A program made the position numbers and the translations under genes. This document shows positions 61,301 to 64,000 of a stretch of 64,000 bases of DNA, piece by piece. Position 1 is the first letter of the stretch. The number at the start of each line of letters is the position of its first letter. The notes below the pieces were generated by a model. The model saw nothing but the letters and a program-made list of their open reading frames with translations, ran no database searches and was not told the origin of the DNA. Source of the DNA: an uncultured virus (IMG/VR IMGVR_UViG_3300031234_000003) (Duplodnaviria > Heunggongvirae > Uroviricota > Caudoviricetes). The DNA lies in IMG/VR virus record IMGVR_UViG_3300031234_000003. One strand, 5' to 3'.

Positions 61301-63948
61301 TCAAGCGACGGCAGGTCTTCCACACCCATCACACGCTCGGGGATGTCGGCGTAAGCATTCGTCTCCTCGCCCATCTCGGGATTCCTGTACTGCGTGTCGC
61401 TCATCGGCGGCGTCTTGTGGGATGCTGACTTTCGCGGCTTACCGAAAGGTACTCGAACCTGACCACCACCCTTCGTACTCAGGGTGATGCTGTCCACTTG
61501 GAAGGAAATGCCCTCGGCCCAATCCATTCCCTCATATTTGGCGGCAGCGTCAGGCTTGACGTAGGCAAGGGTCACGTGCGGTACGTAGGGAAAATCATCT
61601 TTGCGGGTGCCCATCGCTTCTGCGACCTTGTTGTGGAGAGCCTCAAGTTCGGGAGCGTGACACTGAACCACGATGGGGGCTTGGGCGTCAGAGCTTTCGC
61701 TCACGGAGAATACGTGCGTCTTCCCTAGCGTGACCGTAAACGGTTGCTGCTCGCCTACAACTTGACTCAACAGAGCGGGGTCGGGCTTTACCCCGTACTT
61801 AACTGTGATGTGTGGATCGTCCTCACGACCATCCTTGCCGAGTTCCTCATCTGGAATCTGCTTGGCGGCTTCCATCATCCCGGAGGCGGCATCAGGCGGC
61901 AGGTTGATTTGAGACGTGGCGTTTTTGTGGGGACCTGACTTGGCTTTCTTTGCTGCCTCAATGTCGGCTTCATCCTGAGCGGCGGAACAACCGAACTTCG
62001 CCATCGGAGCATTCGCCCAAAGGTCCTGAATTTTCTGCTCCTGCTCTGGGGTGCGGGGCAGATTCCATCCGCCGTATTGTTTGATACGCCCACGCCCACG
62101 AGTAAACACGTGGTCGTTCGTTTTGACCAGCTTGAATTCTCCCGAAGTCCAATCGAGTCCATCGAGGTACGCCATAGCCTGACGGCTGAGCCCCAGCGCC
62201 CATTGCCAGCCCAAACGTTGCTTGTGCCGACCGTAGACGTAGTTATTGAGCAGGAGCCAGTATTCTTTCGTTGGCTCATCGCTGATGACACTCTGATCGG
62301 AGAACTCGGTCACGAAGTCCGCTCCGTACTTCGCATTGAAGCGAGCGGCGACGGCCTGCCATTCTTTGCCGTGTCCCTCGGGTGCGAGTAGCTTTTTGTA
62401 TTTGTTGTAGGCGTCGAACCCGACTTCCATGAGTTTCGGCTTCCCAATAAGCAGAGCCACTTCATGATGACACAGTTCGTGAGCGATAGTACGGCGAAGC
62501 GATTCCTCGTGCCCCAGTATGGACTTCTGAATGCCGATTGTGGTGTTGTCCGCACCCCAAGTGTTACCCGCCTCATCCCTACCCCGTTCCCACACATCGT
62601 ACCCCAGCATACGGTTGGTCTGGTTTACGATCTTGACTTCGGGATGCGGGAGCCCGGAAGCGAGCACGCCCATCATTTCGTTAATGATGTTCTTGACCTG
62701 ACCGATATCGGCGGCGGTTTTCTGTGCCGCAACCTTGGGATTCATGATGCCCATTATCATCAGTTCCCCGCCGTAGACCGAGGCAACCTGCTCAAAGTCG
62801 TTGCGTTCGTACCACTCCACCAAATTGAAGCCTTGGGCTTGTTCCTCAGCGGTGTCGGCAACCAACAGACAGATGCCCGCACCGCGATCCCCGGCTTCTC
62901 GCAAGAACTCGGCAAGCAGATAGTCCCCGTAGCCCTTGCCACGGGAATCCTCGTATACGTTGATGTTGTTTAGAACGGCGAAGGTGTCATACTTCTTCCG
63001 CAGGTCGGCAACAAACTCTTTGTTCGTGTAGCCGAAACGGTCGAGCCAATTCTGGAGTTGTTCCGCATTGGTGTCCGCTGTGTACCCTTCTGCGGAACCC
63101 TGATCTTCCGAGATGTTGATTTCCCGTACCGAAGAGGATGCCAGTTTGCTGAACGTCTCGATTTGGCTCTGCGGCACCATGATTTGAACCTTTGGGTAAC
63201 CCTGATCGCGGAGCACGGAGAAGCGGTGCCGACCGTTGGTGAAATGCGCCTCACCACCCGCATTGTCGCTCCACGACACAATAGGAGCCTCAACTGGGGT
63301 GTTGGGGTTGTCCTGCCGCCACTGGGTAAAGCGAGCGTAGCGGTCGCCGATGTGATTGGTTTTATCCCCCGGAGCGAGGTACAGGTGTTTGTCCTTCGAC
63401 CACTCGCGATCTAACTTTTGCGTATCAACCCAAACTAGCTCGTAGTCTTCGAGCTTCCTATCCGATGGTTGGGTGAACTTAAGCGGCGGCAACTCGGTTG
63501 CGGTCTTGCTCGCCATAACCTGCCGACCTTCGATAGCATCGGCTGGTGTGACGGGCATATCCTCATCGTACATGACCGCTCCCCAAATCTTCAGCGAATC
63601 CATCCACGTCTTCTTGCTCGCCTTCCACGCACGATTCGTGGCGTTCATTTTCTTCTGATCGTAATCCCCGTTCTCGTCTTCCATGAAATACGGGTCTTGA
63701 ATCATGTTCTCGTCAGGGAGTAGAAAGGCTTCGTTGAACCTGCTAACGGGCAGCCGTAACATGGCCCCGCCCTCATACATGTCCGCCGTCTCCCTCACGC
63801 CCCAATAGCTGTGCCCCTCCACCTTCCCTTCGGTCAGGATGGACTTGAGGTCTCGTAACGTGGTGCCGTGATAGAGAAAGCCGTCTGTCTCAAAGAATGA
63901 GGTCGTGGTCGCGGGCTGTTTGGCTATCTTCCGAAGCAATGGGTTCAT
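52297..63948 (-). CDS. giant polyvalent protein (3883 aa): multiple ADP-ribosyltransferase-like domains plus ParB-like, GNAT, SprT-like metallopeptidase, 2H phosphoesterase and NUDIX-like domains
   Basis: About 10 YHG(T)-type and 4 YR(G/A)-type ART-like motifs; NGRHR, EGHHR and DGNHR (ParB); RGKGYG and RRNGLG (GNAT); HELCH; PHITV and PHVTL. Confidence 0.88.
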   Translation of the reverse strand: MNPLLRKIAKQPATTTSFFETDGFLYHGTTLRDLKSILTEGKVEGHSYWGVRETADMYEGGAMLRLPVSRFNEAFLLPDENMIQDPYFMEDENGDYDQKKMNATNRAWKASKKTWMDSLKIWGAVMYDEDMPVTPADAIEGRQVMASKTATELPPLKFTQPSDRKLEDYELVWVDTQKLDREWSKDKHLYLAPGDKTNHIGDRYARFTQWRQDNPNTPVEAPIVSWSDNAGGEAHFTNGRHRFSVLRDQGYPKVQIMVPQSQIETFSKLASSSVREINISEDQGSAEGYTADTNAEQLQNWLDRFGYTNKEFVADLRKKYDTFAVLNNINVYEDSRGKGYGDYLLAEFLREAGDRGAGICLLVADTAEEQAQGFNLVEWYERNDFEQVASVYGGELMIMGIMNPKVAAQKTAADIGQVKNIINEMMGVLASGLPHPEVKIVNQTNRMLGYDVWERGRDEAGNTWGADNTTIGIQKSILGHEESLRRTIAHELCHHEVALLIGKPKLMEVGFDAYNKYKKLLAPEGHGKEWQAVAARFNAKYGADFVTEFSDQSVISDEPTKEYWLLLNNYVYGRHKQRLGWQWALGLSRQAMAYLDGLDWTSGEFKLVKTNDHVFTRGRGRIKQYGGWNLPRTPEQEQKIQDLWANAPMAKFGCSAAQDEADIEAAKKAKSGPHKNATSQINLPPDAASGMMEAAKQIPDEELGKDGREDDPHITVKYGVKPDPALLSQVVGEQQPFTVTLGKTHVFSVSESSDAQAPIVVQCHAPELEALHNKVAEAMGTRKDDFPYVPHVTLAYVKPDAAAKYEGMDWAEGISFQVDSITLSTKGGGQVRVPFGKPRKSASHKTPPMSDTQYRNPEMGEETNAYADIPERVMGVEDLPSLESLSPDLFKTGAGSVYDLDLQDVVAWGGSLSEAQGDWDKIRSEAAGRAKAEGKDWEKMPEAEQEVWLDKIGWEWLGATWEITMNRLQSLKFPLTVYRGLGSVSLKEINKGQYAEKGTGIYWSYDENNAYVHEELAAGHPHIVILRGVVSSPKQIDWIRTAYVNLVAADEREINIHPGEEIQITGYKYKGEKAWKNPPKNLRTVRAAAQNFKPMPFDNWCDANPMYQPDDFNEAEYRYDENVAHFSTVDFPITIYRAVQVEQGTQPNLEKAGVYWTWVENSADAYFGSGSMWDQGGPHPKHPQTLILKAKVLRSTDVDWDATLLANMLNEDENEITIESGAELQLIGIDYGQGYKKPAQKRVMAYGDESKNLPLRGQKGIGGQDFPLMFDPPLFSDEKEAARKMPKFYHGTAAENLDDILKNGLKASKDAASAKMGMFNPNRANVQYKSEQGVGEWQGWNIDFSADPVKEHMLPASFVRKLKGIEQKFINVADVVETQGEQWTTDRRVDEIHTQMEAEKWFEAILVDEYEDQPGKYYLEEGHHRTRAAKKMGKTTIPAVIMKLEPRKPHWSLSSGIVRKSSDIAKFAFFIEVPKETRGHFWDEPPAHNLEFWAFRSRPPVLMNEKVYFTFDKMPVAETTVLKVEKPGESLCELSGKYEDHWKLYWEPKQFVKYAGTTAPTLYHGTCPENAEAIMKNGWGPNQVSSGGNAGQPQYLYLTNFPENAQWFANEKGCDTILEVRNIPMSYLEVDPEDGTEDTIERELNFSEKAFPGTVVLTKPLPADHFKVFKSKIGSLNEKRNEKWIYHPDYGAFSQKGSIGPHATLIARTMGEGMSSGRKYEEVLRGYAVIDVDQKTVTLATPTNELIPNDVVDLFKKTYPHYALSIPAESKAIGVTAAMPKKWYHGTSTKNAEIIMGDGYLRPDQETTYDIDIPRDGAVYIAEFDVANQYAIERGGPVLEVAAPDISKLLPDEDDVYELLNDRGGELNAKGSAQAKRVKALWLKQWNDENASYNEPEKFPVYKNFEEAWKAWGEIEFEGSAELAEQMKYLTDYIVKNDPKLARAIIELSGKAAHMGPLKVVRQVKTAAPKSIWYHGTSIKNLRSIMSQGLVPEGTEKVWADDPDAGISAPSRQSYGGIYVSQNLMTAAGAPDTEDRKARGGSLVVIMELQPNTMYLDEDNVTGVLGAPIKHMSDNTFHVLCYYLAATQEGATQDWQDEIRVMREDYVRKCFTQWEAKFAERKMPFHPELKAELEKLLPSVWLGAVTRAAGHVKDNYSYIRAWDQVFYGTPKEKQRPDMNTILPDASEGEAAFREAAEKVTRTLRLLARPNTEGSQTYNINTSRINEPIGFSGSNHILALVEVRDLEVRATPSPVRMLLHWGTIPQDFFSQWNTKYGSKYEVVDARKGQPKAKGVAASAHEDDPQVFYHGTSWQAAQLIDKEGLKASDNRLTGGKKYIWCAIAEFAAKEYGASVTDSDQYAVIEFIWDYGKSEPDPEHFEEGDMYRRIEGDISRQNITAIKYFDGGRIVKTAGFEEEIKITTAPDGRITAKHVDGSASGTMEDREGLVKWFDWSTLPKGGAGIYDKAFVLGTVSVKVATRRNGLGRALVGAVLDAAKAQGAQVCFLLAHSLTGLSGKELSSFYNSLGFQPYVIDPPPRWFDSSTAGIFMKKLAGVAKLAAMNRISQQDAVDRKMFGPVYHGTTEEKQENIGNEGFKVYIGDAGSGDVAHGYEGNQPYHDGIPAPVHHLGYGVYFTTAKAIAKQFAGGTTRGMKTYYLDVPRLETINFGVPKTMMKWWISQGYNADLAKKNRVEATKPMTEHLKAQFDAVWFKGKGMYKLLDGDQICVFDASHIYEVDAAMSKPGDIGSKVTRKADGMKGVIKNIRSIPPDVAQQYHGGADKFYEIKWAKGGTDHNVYARDIDFVGAKAQGATASMKIAEGFNNEGFWAGEGNAASGVLPICTTTGRICLAWRSPDVHIGNCWGTIGGAVKPKMSLADSAKAELTEETGFTGGITMHPAYVFSKGGFSYHNFLGTVGTEFRFAPQSEHHWETTGLEWFTWVDIQEMVKDNASDFHPGLISLFKSDGKKIEQLLGKPKTASDDDGDMPNMLQVFPERPDVMETFRHMRLFERDRLIEEAQLEELHPADLKTNQATLKRKDLQYFLDNPEEITKPHSNVGLSDTEQLYPLVCRTTEGDWLYDGNHRANAAMKLGILLKCKVVDLRDYEEPRGKVSRKLAARGEVGPVYHGTDKKFDKFEQKPGTRYILFSEIKVQAGGFFFTDDPEEAKEFGSNVMTCYLKMKKPLIRQEDQYNLSKKQIADLTYICELCMSDGYSDLQGNSVKTIELGAFAIDVDPEGNWLNEIVKQNGLDWNILDNQEAVNRMKERGYDSTMVDEYNGKYSYCVFSADQIRIGGGKAKALTAATPARALKLYHVTTVPIAKDIKAHGFKPVDQGMWKNYYAPQGRDGIYFYDDLKYSEAYAAYAEGQLFTRNMQPENSWEENKKQIPQMAIIEVQVPEGVAITTDQKEDGFFVPTADLGKVKITGMHKYDYVPTEGRKPGEKFGAAFPTFEQVMDESTLADDEFMFGSDEESKRWYDQALAFWKSQKFPLTVYRGMAVFNERHDIDYSTFGWSWSLDRKFAENFAEDKYIDYPDQHRIEVFEGKIKANAVDWLNTFRAWVTLPEEKEVRLKPKAQVELPALGRSVTAADLPRSKYDKVCYTIAMDDALYGYFGQYVQCADAFEDNPAASGRVVELVKSLTPFVPPTTRKCLYRGEEIRMGDDREPAKWEPHLRDLLSWSAAYDTAKGFSGGHRGIVWQTVGKIQGIALEDIVLWRNRTHPDESNYPGMQSEWFVMNTCNAKEATPPNAQPARSYVTAAADGFLYHGMSMTDYNRAMSAGGVLPEPSWWGTAEIAEYYAETAAEEIGPEEEYKVIKLPLSAFNPALLEADQNSVAEPLTYTLGRSEDELYEEWQNCKGTWQDSLRIYGSVVYNAPIEVTAQTVLSS

Positions 63949-64000
63949 TCTAGCGTCCTACCATAGAAAGTGGAAGTTCAACGGCGGGACTTCTTCTTTT

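Noticed and set aside
52660..63723. Numerous + strand ORFs opposite the giant gene, and - strand ORFs across 1-50 kb
   Set aside because: These are antisense shadows of GC-rich coding sequence, with no RBS or recognisable motifs.

Overview
This window looks like part of a large, jumbo-type tailed phage genome. The host is plausibly Acidobacteriota, inferred from a stand-alone ClpB-D2-like ATPase and a Gly-rich exported protein. Bases 1-50.5 kb are a dense + strand run of small accessory ORFs. These include HNH/EndoVII nucleases, an RNA-ligase-like protein, a nucleotidyltransferase, Met aminopeptidase, ADP-ribosylglycohydrolase, Ku, ATP-dependent DNA ligase, and Pth2-like, ATP-grasp, HD, ParB-like and alpha-CTD-like proteins. 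Two tRNA clusters are sorted by amino acid: Ser/Leu/Ile at 2.5-3.9 kb and Trp/His/Arg/Asn/Gln/Lys at 17.3-23.7 kb. The - strand end carries a 3883-aa polyvalent protein with about 14 ADP-ribosyltransferase-like modules. The main finding is upstream of the tRNA clusters. Each is preceded by the same promoter type, an unannotated short leader ORF whose control codons match the downstream tRNAs, and mutually exclusive antiterminator/terminator hairpins. This is the layout of ribosome-mediated attenuation and would let the phage switch on the tRNAs that are depleted. Also notable are long-variable-arm, D-armless and anticodon-less tRNAs, several candidate structured ncRNAs, a non-TTGACA promoter motif and several deletion or frameshift scars. 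All calls come from reading the sequence by eye; no searches were run.
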